Source: Octopus sinensis | Taxonomy: Eukaryota | NCBI RefSeq assembly: GCF_006345805.1 | Contig: NC_043018.1 | Span: 25,482,001-25,546,000, forward strand | Reading direction: 5' to 3' | DNA: 64,000 bases | In this document: in pieces, positions 27,949 through 41,400 of the stretch | How positions within the stretch are numbered: position 1 is the stretch's first letter | How the letters are laid out: the number at the start of each line of letters is the position of its first letter | Made by a program: the position numbers and the translations under genes | Notes under the pieces: generated by a model | What the model saw: the letters and a program-made list of their open reading frames with translations, nothing else | What the model was told of the DNA's origin: nothing | The model's database searches: none

Positions 27949-28244
27949 CCATCGAGCGTAATCGTTACCAACGTCGCCTTACTGGCACCTGTGCTGGTGG
28001 CATGTGTAAAAAGATTCGAGCGAGGTCATTGCCAGTACCGCCTGACTGGCCCCTTGCCGGTGGCACGTAAAAAGCACCCACTACACTCTCAGAGTGGTTG
28101 GCGTTAGGAAGGGCATCCAGCTGTAGAAACTCTGCCAGGTCAAGATTGAAGCCTGGTGCGGCCGTCTGGTTCGCCAGCCCTCAGTCAAAATCTTCCAACC
28201 CATGCTAGCATGGAAGGTGGATGTTAAACGATGATGATGATGAT
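27949..28244 (+). mobile_element. SINE-like family C with (GAT)n tail. Other copies: 1409-1757, 7340-7660(-), 11392-11900, 28433-28772(-), 31775-31933, 34018-34226(-), 35780(-), 42771-43300(-), 45525-46092(-), 51442-51725(-), 61960-62120, 63560
   Basis: Conserved ggcgttaggaagggcatccagctgtagaaac...catgctagcatggaaagcggacgttaaacgatgatg, with variable numbers of gtgccggtggcacgtaaaaagcacc modules. Confidence 0.9.
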
Positions 28245-29649
28245 CTGAAACCACTTCTTAGAAACACTTAATTTAAATGTTCATATTGAGATTAAAATGT
28301 TCCCTCATAATTTTATGGAAGGGCTTTTCATTAAATATAACAAAAATGTTATTTTATTAAGTGCCTTCAGATTCTTGTTTATTATCAAAATTAATCTTTT
28401 TGTTGCCGTCTTTCATCATTATTGTCATTCAACATCATCATCGTCGTTAAACGTCCGCTTTCCATGCTAGCATGGGTTGGACGAATGACTGAGGGCTGGC
28501 GAACCAGATGGCTGCACCAGGCTTCAATCTTGATCTGGCAGAGTTTCTATAGCTGGATGCCCTTCCTAACGCCAACCATTCCGAGAGTGTAGTGGGTGCT
28601 TTTACATGCCATTGGCACAGGGTCAGTCGGGCGGTACTGGCAACGGCCTCGCTCGAATCTTTTACACATGCCACCGGCACAGGTGCCAGTAAGGTGATGC
28701 TGGTAACGATCACACTCGAATGGTGTCTTTTACATGCCACTGACACGGAGGCCAGATAGCTGCTCTGGCAACAATTACTGTAATTAATTTTGAAATAACT
28801 ACCATTATTAAGCTGGTGTTTGGAAACACAAATCAGTATGAAATTTTGGTGGAAGTTTTAATTTAAGTCATTTATTCACTTTTCCACTTTACTGGAAATG
28901 TGTCTCTGGTGTGTTAATATCAAGAGTTAATTGAAATACATAAGGTGGTGCATTTCATTCGGAAAATTTGGTTGCAGAAGGGTTTGGACAGTAAGGTGTG
29001 ATTTGAGGGAGATTGAACTTTGCTTCCTAGCAGGCCTCGGGACAGTCTGCAAGCTGCTGGTGTTAATAGTACTTTAGCCTAGGTCAACTATGATAGTTAT
29101 TCATTAGTTAACTCTTTTCCATCCAAATTACTGTCAAATGTAATGCTTATTTATTCACATTGTTTTGAATTAATCTTGCATCATCTCATAGCTTTGAGAA
29201 TTCAGTGATGTCATTGTATATTTCTAGAATGACATTGAAAGATGAGTGTGAGAGACCAGATCTGGCTGGTTTGAACATGAACCTAGTAGTATATTTGGGC
29301 AAGATATAATCTGTTTTAAATGCTTAAGATGTTGTGACCATTTTTTTCTTCTTCTCTACTTTAGATATGTATCAAGGACAGCATTATTCAGTGTATCTAT
29401 CATTTTTGAGACAATAGTGTGATTTTGAATTGAGGGGTATTTGGCTGTTATTGCTAGTACGTTGAGTGCATGTAGGGGCTTGCTCATTCAGTGAGGTATG
29501 GCATGACTGAAATAGTAGATCCGTGTGCTCAATCAGCAACTTGCATTGAACTGACCAGGACTGCACATTTAACCCTTTTGATAATCAACTTGCCTGAGAC
29601 TGCCTTAGTTCTGTGATACAAACTTCTTAACATTTAATTGGGGGGGGGG

Positions 29650-29982
29650 TAAAGACTCCCTTTGGTTATGAATGACCATGGGATTGCACCTAGAAAGCTC
29701 TCCTCTGAGGCACAAGCTCAGGCAAGTTTTGTTTTATGGAAGACCAGCAGTCGCCCATGCATACCGGCCTCCCCTCTCCATGCCACCGATGTTATCCAAG
29801 GGAAAGGCAAAGGCTAATACAGCTTGGCACCAGTGATGTCACAACTCATTTCTACAGCTGAGTGAACAAGAGCAACATGAAATAGTCTTGCTCAAGAGCA
29901 CAACACGCAGCCTGGTCTGGGAATCGAACTCACTACCTCACGATTGTGAGCCAGGTGTTCTAACCAATGAGCCATGTACCTT
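29650..29982 (-). mobile_element. tRNA-derived SINE family E. Copies at 40190-40520(-), 56070-56375(+), 58025-58212(+), 31180-31357(-), 2860(-), 8150(-)
   Basis: Head ggctcattggttagaac...gttcgattccc, then gtgtgctcttgagcaagac and a 3' end atggtcattcat(g/a)acc...gtctttac shared between copies. Confidence 0.82.
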
Positions 29983-31722
29983 CCCCTTTAGTATTCAGAC
30001 TATCTTTACTCTCTTTTACTTGTTTCAGTCCTTTGACTGTGGCCATGCTGGAGCACCGCCTTTAGTCGAACAAATCGACCCCAGGACTTATTCTTTGTAA
30101 GCCTAGTACTTATTCTATCGGTCTCTTTGCCGAACCACTAAGTTACGGGGACGTAAACACACCAGCATCGGTTGTCAAGCGATGTTGGGGAGACAAACAC
30201 AGACACACAAACAAATATACATATATACGACGGGCTTCTTTCAGTTTCCGCCTACCAAATCCACTCACAAGGCTTTGGTCTGCCCGAGGCTATAGTAGAA
30301 GACACTTGCCCAAAGTGCCACGCAGTGGGACTGAACCCAGAACCATGTGGTTGGTAAGCAAGCTACTTACCACACAGCCACTCCTGCGCCTTGCTCAAGA
30401 TATGACTGGTCATATCTGGCTCAAATATTCTACCTAGTTTCTGTTCAGACCAACCAGATCCAGCCTCTTATACCTACCCTACAATTTCATTTTAAAAAGC
30501 TACTGTCACATCATTGAAACTTTGAAGCTGCGAGATAATGTCTAATTTGAAACAATGTGAATAAATAAGCATTACATTTGACAGAATACCGTGAATGTTA
30601 ACAGGTTAAACTGGTTGTATCCTGCCCAAATGTTCTACCAGCTAATTCATTTAAATCAGCCAGATCCTGCCTCTCACACCTATCTTACCATGTCATTCTA
30701 AAAATAAGCATTTACATCATCAAAATCTTGAAGCTATAGGATAATGCATGATTAATTGAAGATGATAAGAATAAATAAGCATTACGTTTGAATGTAATTT
30801 GAATCTTAAAAAGTTATCTTAATACTGTTTTAATGCCTTATTACTTAACACACTCACCAGTTTGATTTCCACTCATTCATTTTTTTTTCTTCTAAAATTT
30901 TCATTGCTTCTTGCATACAAGCTCTTCAATAATCTTAATACCTATTTCTTTACTACCCACAAGGGGCTACACATAGAGGGGACAAACAAGGACAGACATA
31001 AGTATTAAGTCGATTACATCGACCCAGTGCATAACTGGTACTTAATTATCAACCCCGAAACGATGAAAGGCAAAGTCAACCTCGGCGGAATTTGAACTCA
31101 GAACCTAACGGCAGACGAAATACGGCTGTGCATTTCGCCTGGCGTGCTAACGTTTCTGCCAGGTCGCCGCCTTTACCAGCTGGACGAGACAGCAGTCCAT
31201 CGCAGCGTTGCTCACTTTTACCATCTGAGTGGACTGGAGCAATGCGAAATGAAGTGTTTTGCTCAAGAACACAGCGCGTTGCCCGGTCCAGGAATCGAAA
31301 CCACAATCTTATGATCATGATGCTGACACCCTAACTACTAAGCCACGTTCCTCCACAATAATCTTAATACCTTCCATCAGAATTTCACACTGTCGTGTTC
31401 CAAACTCCTTATATATAATGACAACTATTCTTACTACATTCTTATATATGTAGCATATAAGTCTTTCGTTCTTTGCTCAGTAGCCATTCGGATTGAGACA
31501 TACATAATGTGATATCTAGAGCCATAGAACCCCTTAAACTCAATACCACCCATGACATGAACTGGCGGTGGTGATGGGGTGGGGTGAAGAACATGGAGGT
31601 TTACTTTTTGACTATAGTTTAAATATACAGCAGTAATATATCCAATTTATATTTTATAGTGTTTGTTTGCTGTTTATTTATTAATAGTCTTAATGAAATC
31701 TCACTATATATTATGTATGTAT

Positions 31723-31764
<42 letters not shown>

Positions 31765-33559
31765 ATATATATATTCTCAGAGTGGTTGGCGTTAGGAAGG
31801 GCATCCAGCTGTAGAAACTCTGCCAGATCAAGATTGGAGCCTGGTGCAGCCATCTGGTTCACCAGTCCTCAGTCAAATCGTCCAACCCATGCCAGCATGG
31901 AAAACGGACGTTAAACGATGATGATGATGATGATTCTTCATTAGTTTCAAAAGTAATTAAAACAAAGCCAGTGCATTTTAATTGAAATATGAGAATGAAA
32001 GTGTCAACAGTTTGGTGGTTTCTTGTCTGAGTGTCGAACTCTAATAAAAACAGTGATGGACTCCCAAGTTTATTTTGGCATATCAGCATCCAGTCATTCA
32101 ATTAACTGGACAAATTGCTCATCAAATCGGCATAAGAAGTGGCTGAGTATTCCATTTACATGTACAAATCCACCTGATGGGCTTCTGTACAGTTTCCTTC
32201 TACAAAAGTTCGCTCACAAGGTTTGAGTTGATCCAAGGCAATAGCAAATGCACTTGCTTGATCTGTTACAGTGTGAGATTGAACCCAGGGTCTTGTGGTT
32301 TGTGAAGCAAATTTCTTAACCACTTGGTTGTGGCTGTGTGATGAAAGCTTAGTAAAGTAGAATTAGTTCATCATTTAGATATAACAGCAAAAATTAATCA
32401 CCGGTAATTGGAAATATATCAACACACACACACACACACACATCTTCTGATGATTATTGCAATTGGTTGATCAATGGAACTAATCGGTCCATCGTTGTTG
32501 TTGTCATCGCTGTTGCCTCCAACCTCATCATTTAACATCCATCTTCCTTACCGATAATGGGTTGGATGGTTTAACAGGAACTGGCAAGCTGGAGGACTGC
32601 ACCAAGCTCCACCTCCTGTTTTGGCATGGTTGCTATGGCTGGATGCCCTTCCTAATTCCAACCAGTTTTCAGAGTGACCTATTCAGTGCTTCATATTTTA
32701 AAGGACCACTACTCTTAGACATAATCCTTACACAAAATCAACATGACACAGTGTGTGTGTATGTGTGTTGGGGTTGGGCTGGCACTTTAAGTTACAGGTG
32801 ACTTCTTGGTTTGAATGGTTTCCGCACAATTTCTGAGTACCCAACTTCACCCATGAGAGTTGGATTGTCCCCAAGTTACAGTAGAAGTCCTTTGCTTATG
32901 CCACCAAGTAATGGGATTGAAACTGGGACCACTTGATTACAAGAGCCCCCCCCCCCCACACACACTCACTGTCTACAAAGACTGTAGTAAAAATGTCGAA
33001 GGTGGGGGGGGGGGGATCACAGTATAAAAATGTATCCTTATTGATTTAAGCATAATTTGGCAAAATCAAGACTATTCATTAATTATTTAATAATTTGTTA
33101 CTAACGAAATCAAGCAAAACTTTCTCAACACCTTCTGTGTGTGTATAAAACACACACACACACACACACCAACAGAGAGGGGTACATGAAAAAGAGAATG
33201 TGTGATTCTACTGTTTCTTTACTTTTTAAGCCTGTGTATTTAATTTGAAGTAATGTTTTGTTGGGGATAAATTAACATTCTATATTATGTTTAGTTGAGG
33301 AAATTCATTATCTAACTGCTCTTTATTTTAACTCGGTTTATTGTTATTAAGCCAAGACTGCTACTTCCTGTCTGATTTCTTCCTTTCAGATTTCTGGCTC
33401 CACTTAAATGACTGTTGGTGCAACACACACACACACACACACTCTTACCCAGACACATGGACATATCCATAAGCATGTATTAAGTTGGTTTTGTTGTTGT
33501 GTATGTAGTTTCTGGTTTTGATCTTGCTATACAGCACCTTAGAGTGTCTTCTGTCATAA

Positions 33560-35200
33560 CTCCAGCTTAACCATTTCTTAGCCTATTGAATTTGGTAGGC
33601 CGAAATTGTGTAGAGGCCAAACACATATACATATTGTTTGTGCCCACTTTACACATGCTTGCATGGGTCAGACAGAATTTTGTTGAGATAACTTTTCTCT
33701 GCGACACAAGCAGTTCAATCGCATTGTCCTCTGTGACTTCTTCAAATCCTACATCCTTTGCGAGTGTCACAAAATCTTTCCAAATTTGATGTAGACTTTC
33801 TGCTTGAGGAAGACTCATAATGTCATAGATGCACTCTGGTCGTATGCTTTTTCCAGTGCTATTCAAAGTTGAAAGTTTCCCCATCGTCCCATGACTCAAC
33901 TGTACTGCTTACAGCATCCTTTATGTTGAATTTCTCCCAGAAATCTCCTAAGTGTAGGTTTATCCTCCTTGTCAATTGCTTTCAGAAGTTGTTTGAAAGT
34001 TCTTCTCATGTAATATTCATCATCATCATCGTTTAACGTCCGTTCTCCATGCTAGCATGGGTTGGACGGTTCGACCGGGGATCTGGGAAGCTAGAAGGCT
34101 GCACCAGGCTCCAGTCTGATCTGGCAGTGCTTCTACAGCTGGATGCCCTTCCTAACGCCAACCACTCCGTGAGTGTAGTGGATGTTTTTTACGTGCCACC
34201 AGCACAGGTGCCAGGCAAGGCTGGCAATTTTGAAGTTAACTATCACACTTTGATCCATTTTCTGGATCAATGAAGTTGTTTTCTTGAAGGATATATTCTA
34301 CTCTCACATTATCAAAAAGGTCATCTAAGTTCGCTAGGTGGCTTTGTGCATTGTCTAAAAGAAGCAATGCTTTGTTGGACATACATCTGACACTGTACCG
34401 TTCTATTGCAAGACAAAAAAAATAATTTGTAAACCATTCTTTGGAAAGTCTCTTAGTTATCCATACCATCTTATTCGAATGTCAAATCAGAGGTAGATTA
34501 AATTTTGTGCAACCCTTGAAAAATCCTTAGATTTTCAGAGTGATACACATGTAGTGGCTTTAACTTCATATCGCCTCTGGCATTTCCTCCCAAAAGGAGT
34601 GTCAGGCAATTTTTGGAAGCATTAAATCCTGGTGTTGATTTTTTTTTTTTCCCTCTTCCAGAAAAGTACAGTCTCATCAACGTTGTATACTTGCTCTGGT
34701 CTGTAGCCTCCTTAACTGCTCTGGATAATTAATAACAGCTTCTGTATCAATGCTCATAGTTTCACCAGTCATTTTTTTGTTGAGCAAATTCATGTGCTTC
34801 TTAAACTTTTCGAACCAACCTTTACTAGCCAAAAAGGGTTTCTTATTAGAAGTTTCACCTTCCCTTTTCTGCAAATCATATAAACTTTCGGTTCTCTTTT
34901 TAATTATCGTGTTTATCAGCACATTACACCAATTCTGATCCTCAATCCATATACTCACAAGTTTCATTTTAAGCATTGTATTAGATCTTTGGGAAAATAA
35001 GGTCCAGACAGTTAACAGAGTAGCTTTTTAAGCACTTGACATAGTTTTCTCCATGCTATCGCATACTGCTACCCCTATAGATGTTGGTAAGCTGTAATGT
35101 TTTGACAATATAACATAGGTTTATTTCCACATCAAGTTTGATGTCCAGTGCAATCTCTTCATGGCTCCATTTCACACTACTACCTTAGGGTAATTACCCA
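33560..35200 (-). mobile_element. Decayed Tigger/pogo (CENP-B HTH + DDE_1) transposon, interrupted by a SINE at about 34018-34226
   Basis: Frameshifted ORFs with FLASKGWFEKFKK, LTLLLGGNARGDMKLKPL, KALLLLDNAQSH and VTLAKDVGFEEV. Termini not identified. Confidence 0.88.
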
Positions 35201-35421
35201 CAACAAATATTTTTACGTTTTTTACTTTTTTTTTACTTGTTTCAGTCATTTGACTGTGGCCATGCTGAAGCACCACCTTTAGTCGAGCAAATTGACCCCA
35301 GGACTTATTCTTTTGTAAGCCCAGTACTTATTCTATCGGTCTCTTTTGCCGAACCGCTAAGTTACGGGGACGTAAACACATCAGCATCGGTTGTCAAGTG
35401 ATGTTGGGGGGACAAACACAA

Positions 35422-35464
<43 letters not shown>

Positions 35465-35743
35465 TATGACAGGCTTCTTTCAGTTTCCGTCTACCAAATC
35501 CACTCACAAGGCTTTGGTCATCCCGAGGCTATGGCAGAAGACACTTGCCAAAGGTGCCACGCAGTGGGACCGAACCCGGAACCATGTGGTTTGTAAGCAA
35601 GCTACTTACCACACAGCCACTCCTACGCCTATTATGTAGTAGAAATGTTTTAAATTGGCCCAGGAAAGATTTGCTTTGTGAGAGCAGAAAATTATCTTAT
35701 TCCTATGAATGAGATGAGAAGGTGAAGGACCGAGGAAGAGAAA

Positions 35744-35780
<37 letters not shown>

Positions 35781-36319
35781 TCATCATTTAATGTCTGTTG
35801 TCCATGCTGGCATGGGTTGGACAGTTTGACCAGAGCTGGCAATCTAGGGAGCTGCACCAGGTTCCAGTCTGATTTGGCATGGTTTCTACAGCTGGGTGCC
35901 CTTCCATATGCCAACCACTTTACAGTGTGTTGGGCGATTTTATGTGGCACCGCACAGGTGCTTTATGTGTATAAACCCACTAAGGTGATATATAGGGACA
36001 AATCCCAATGATAGTTTGTTAGTGTCTTGTGTTATATATATCTGAGCATGTTGGTTCTTGTTTCATTTTTCTGTCCAGCCTTCTCTCCTTTATAGCAATA
36101 GTAAGATTATATTATTTTTCCCAAACAGTTCTGTCTACATTCAACTTTAAATTTTGAATTCTTTAAGAGTTCTGTTGTCAGTTTTGGCTGACTTAGGAGG
36201 GAAAACTAAGAAGTTATAAGTTTTGTCCAAAGATGTGGCACTATTAGTTGTGATTTAACCCTGTGCTGGCCTGCTGCAGCAGACCTATGATCAGAAGTGT
36301 TCCAGCCAGTTTAACACAA

Positions 36320-36728
36320 CCACCTTGTTCTTGGGGTGTTTCGGCAGAATCTACTAGCAGAAGTAGTGGGGGAGCATTATAGCCATGTGTTGAAAGGAAT
36401 TCTTTGGGGTTTAAATAATTCACCTCTGGAAACATAGGTGTTTTGTTCAACATCCTTAAACAACCCTTATTCAGGGACCTTTTAGGTGGGATGAACTACT
36501 TGACCAGAAGAAAATTCTAGCTGGGCCCCCACCTGCAAGGTCATATGCTGTTCATCTTGATAGGAGACCACCATGTCGTGCACATATGGCTGTGATGCAT
36601 GTGCCTGGTGTACCCGTATCAGATGAGTAGTCATGATGGGTATATTAGGCTTCGTATATTTGAACCCCAGTGTCACTTTGGTGGCATGCATTACTCTTTC
36701 ATTCAATAATAATAATAATAATAATAAT
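36320..36728 (+). mobile_element. Probable retroelement 3' end with (AAT)n tail
   Basis: Non-coding block ending cattactctttcattc(aat)n, 19 nt before the acceptor of exon 36748. Single copy in the window, so the repeat call is inferred. Confidence 0.45.
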
Positions 36729-36747
36729 GATGTTGTTTTTGTTTCAG

Positions 36748-37038
36748 ATAAGACAATAAAATTGTGGAAGGTGACAGAACGCGATAAGCGACCGGAAGGT
36801 TACAACCTGAAAGATGAAGGTGGTCTGTCTCGGGACTCCACCAACATCACAGCTTTACGTGTCCCAGTATTCAAACCTATGGAGCTGTTAGTGGAGGCGA
36901 GTCCGCGGCGTATTTTTGCTAATGCTCACACTTATCACATCAATTCCATTTCTGTCAACAGTGATCAGGAGACTTATTTATCAGCTGATGACCTTAGGAT
37001 CAATTTATGGCATTTAGAAGTAACTGATCAAAGTTTCA
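36748..37038 (+). CDS. PPP2R2: PP2A B55 internal coding exon
   Basis: gtttcag|AT AAG ACA ATA AAA...TTC A|gtatcc. (D)[21 protein letters not shown]...[44 protein letters not shown]. Phase 1-1, 291 nt. Confidence 0.97.
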
Positions 37039-38324
37039 GTATCCTTTATTATGTTGTTATATTGTTATAATACTCTTGGCAGAATTCTGTTTTCAGCACA
37101 GCACCCCATGTAATCTCTCAAATTTTCTGTTTCTTTTTGTTTTGGAATTTTCAGAAATTTTTTTGCAAATTTGTATTTTGCACACAGGAATTCATACAAC
37201 TATGGGTGGGGAAAAGGATAGTTTAAAATATGAACAGTCTGAATTTTTTTGCTCAAATCCCAGTAAATAGCCATTTTAGCAGTTCAGCAAAGAAAGACCG
37301 ATAGAATAAGAACCAGGCTTTAACCTTCAGCATTTAAACTGGTCATATCCGGCCCGAATATGCTACCAGTTTTATGTTCAAACTAGCCAGATCCAGCCCA
37401 TCACACCTACCCTTCAATGCCATTCTTAATATATACAATCATGTTATCAAAATTTTGAAGCTACAAGTTAATGCATGATTAATTAAAACAATGTGAATGA
37501 AAATGTTTGAATTCATAATCTGAATGCTAAAGGTTTAAATGAATAAATAAACAAAATACTGGGGTTGAATTCTTTGACCAAACAGATCAAATCTGGCCAT
37601 GATCTTCTTGGCATAAACAACACTATCCAAAATGTCAAGTGTTCACTGTCCTCTACCAGATCTTCCTCTTTAGGGTTCTGTAGAGGGCTAGTGATGGGAA
37701 ACAGTGGTGACATTTTTAGAAACCCTGGATAATCATAGATTAAATTCTCTAAACTAGCAGACCTGAAACTCTGAACTGGCAGTTCAGAATCAAATTATGT
37801 ACCAGTTATGTGCTGAGGGCGATATCAACTTCCCCTTTTCCTTAAAAAAAAAATTTTTTTTTTTAAAGGGAAGAAAAAAATGTTGGTCCTGTGTCAAAAT
37901 TTGAAGGCAGTGAGCTAGTAGAATTGTTAGTATATTAGACAAAATGCTTAGTGACAGTTCTTCCTTTCTGAGTTCAAATTTCACTGAGGTTGAATTTGCT
38001 GTTCATCCTTTCGGGGTTGATAAAATAAGTACCAGTTGAAGACTGGAATCGAGGCAATCAACCTATCCCTCTCCCAAAATTGCTGGCCTTGTGCTGAAAT
38101 TTGAAATCATTATCACCACCATTATTATCATCATTTTACTTCTCAGATCTCTCAATTTTTAATTGCTTTGGTTAATTCTGTGAGAGCAGACAGCATCCGG
38201 TTGTGTCATTTCTTGTTTTATTTATATATGTGTGTTTTCTCTTTCTGAATATTAAATGAAATGTCAACATAAAAAAGAAAATCTACTTCAACAAAAAAAA
38301 AAACCGTCCTTAACAAATGCTCAG
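37039..38324 (+). other. U12-type (minor spliceosome) GT-AG intron of the B55 gene
   Basis: 5' site GTATCCTTT at 37039. Branch site TCCTTAAC at 38307-38314, 8 nt before the AG at 38323-38324. An A-run, not a polypyrimidine tract, precedes the branch site. Confidence 0.93.
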
Positions 38325-38489
38325 ATATTGTTGATATCAAACCTGCTAATATGGAGGAGTTGACAGAAGTTATAACTGCAGCTGAATTCCACCCAACAGA
38401 ATGCAGTCTATTTGTATATAGCAGTAGTAAAGGAACTATCAGATTATGTGATATGAGGGCACAAGCCTTGTGTGACCGACATGCAAAAC
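38325..38489 (+). CDS. PPP2R2: PP2A B55 internal coding exon
   Basis: ctcag|AT ATT GTT GAT...AAA C|gtatgt. (N)[54 protein letters not shown]. 165 nt. Confidence 0.97.
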
Positions 38490-41400
38490 GTATGTGTCTC
38501 TGCTTATTTTTCTTTCATTGTTCATATTACGCATTCTATGTATTTTCTCTCATTGTTTTGTTCGTTGTAGTCCCACTATCCTATGTACATTGTTTCTGAG
38601 TCCCTGGACATTTGCTGTGTCCAGTGAACAAATATATTAGGCTGTAAGTCTGACATGTAACGCCACAGTTATCTGGCTCTTGGTTTGTTGGCTCAACTCT
38701 TTAGCGTTTAAACTGGCCATATCCAGCCAAAATTTTCCATTTGTTTTATGTTCAAACTGATCAGATCCAGACTCTCACACATACCCTACAATTATTCTAC
38801 ATTAATCAATCACATCATTGAAATCTCAAGGATACAAGATAATGCATGATTAATTCAAAACAATGCTGATAAATAAGCATTACGTTTAATAGCATTTAAA
38901 CTGGCCATATCCAGCCCAACTGTTCATTGTCTCTACCTTACAATGTCATTCATTGTCTCTACCTTACAATGTCATTCTAAAAGTAAACAACTACATCATT
39001 TGAAATCTTGAAGCTACAAGATAATGCATGCTTAAATCAAAACAAGTGTGAATAAATAAAGCATAACATTTGACAGAATCATCAGAGTAATCTGAATGTT
39101 AAAGGGTTAATGTGCTACTTGGTTTAACACCATCTTTGTTCTTGGGTTTTTAGTTTGGCTGGCAGACCTTAATATACTGTTCGATTTAACACCAATGCTA
39201 AGTTCTTAGGGGATGGGCTGATCATGGGCGCCTTGTTTAACACTGAGTCCCTGGGTTGTAAGCTGAGCATGCTAACTGATTTTACACCTCTTTTTTTTGT
39301 GGGGTGGAGGGTCTTTGGTTTTAGTGGTAGCCCTAACATAGTATCTAGTTTAACCCTTTAGTATTCATACCAGCCATATCCAGCCCAAATATTCTGTGTT
39401 ATGTTCAAACTGGTCAGATCCAGCCTCTTGCACCTACCCTACAATGTTATTCTAAAAGTAAACACTAACATCATTGAAACCCCCCAAACCATGAGATAAT
39501 ACCTGATTAATTCAAAGTAGTGTGAATAAATAAGCATTACATTTGGCAGAATGCCAAATCTGAATGTCAGAGTTAACACTACCCAGTTTAACATAGTACC
39601 TAGCGATCTAGTCCTTGAGTTGCAAATCTGAACATAGTCCTCTTGTTTAATACCAATACCAACTCCTTTGATGGTAAACTGAATATACTACCTGCTTTAA
39701 CACCCCATCAAGTCCTTGGGTAGCAAGCTAAACCTGCTATCTGGCTTAACACAGCTATTTGGTCCTTGAATCATAGATCTAGCATCTCCTCTACACCCAC
39801 CCCCACACCTCCACAAGATGTGTTTATGATGTTGCAGCAATTATTTAACTTATACAATTAGTTTCCATTCAACTCGTATCTTACTTTCTTGCAATTGTTG
39901 TTCAAGTTGATTATTAGCAATAAAAATCCCATTATGTGGCAGGGAGAACCCACAGGGGTCAGAGACTCTGCTGTGATTCTTTGCTTAACCCAGATAAAAT
40001 TTTCTTTTCATCAGTTTTATTTATTTATTTATTTTTTGGTGACTATGGTAAGACCACAAGAACATCTAGGTGGGGGGAGGGGGTGTCAATAAATTAATAA
40101 AAAAAAAATCAATAATAATTATCTATATATGTCCAACACCATAGAGTTCTGGTACTGGCAAACTTTATTACCAATGTAAAAATGTAAAGAGTAAAGACCT
40201 CCTTCGGTCATGAATGACCATGGGATTACACCGAGAAAGTTCCCCTCCAAGTCTGGGCAAGGTTGGTTATGGAAGACCAGCAGTCACCCATGCATACCAG
40301 CCTCCCCTCTCCGTGCCACCGATGTTATCCAAGGGAAAGGCAAAGGGGCTGATACAGCTTGGCACCAGTGACATTGCAACTCATTTCTATGTCTGAATGA
40401 ACTGGAGCAATGTGAAATAAAGTGCCTTGCTCAAGAACACAAAAGATGGCCCGGTCTGGGAATTGAACTCACCACCTCATTATTGTGAGTCCAATGTTCT
40501 AACCACCGAGCCATGCGTAGCAGTCAGTAAATATTTAGGTTGATATAATTGACTGTATCCTTAAAGTGCTGTGCTCCAGTGTGGCCACAGTCCAGTGAAT
40601 GAAATTAGTAAAAGGAAAATAAATAAAAGAAATGCACTTGAAAATTACGGCTGCCACTCCTTCCTCCACACTTCTTCGCTCCAGAGGCATATGAACTATG
40701 TAAATGAATCCTTGGCTCCAGAATTTCATCTTACAATGGGAACTTTCAACTTACTTAAAAATATTGATTGCATAATTGTTAATTATTTAAATTGGAACTA
40801 AATGTCTAACCCACTTGTGTTCACCTCTAGTTAATTAACTGAAGTGAATTGAATTGATTAGAAATATGATAATCTTGCTCTGGCAGCAACTCCGCAAACG
40901 ATCAGTGTTTCAGTGTCGTTAATTAATGAGATAACATTAAGGTAAGTTGTGTGAGGCATTTGGAAGTTATGGAAATTAAAACCGAACCTGTTTGAACTTG
41001 GCGGAATCGGTTCAGATGAGGAGTAAAGATATCTGATGAAATCTGTGAGAAAATAGAATTTTTTGCATGCGAATAACTTGTCGTAGGTGCAGGTGTGGCT
41101 GTGCGGTAAGAAGTTTGCTTCCCAAACACATGGTTCTGGGTTCAGTCCCACAGTGAGTGTCTTCTGTTATAAGCTCTAAGCCAACAAAAGCCTTGCAAGT
41201 GAATTTGGTGGACAGAAACTGAAAGAAGCCTTGTTGTGTGTTAACGTGTGTGCATGCATGCGTGCATTAGTGTGTGCTTGTATCTCCCTGTCTTGACATT
41301 GAATGATAGTTGTAAATGATAGTCACAGACAGACATGGTCCTCTCCTAAATGAACATTCTAGGTTGGATGCCCTCTCTCTACTTTGCGTATTTCTCGACC

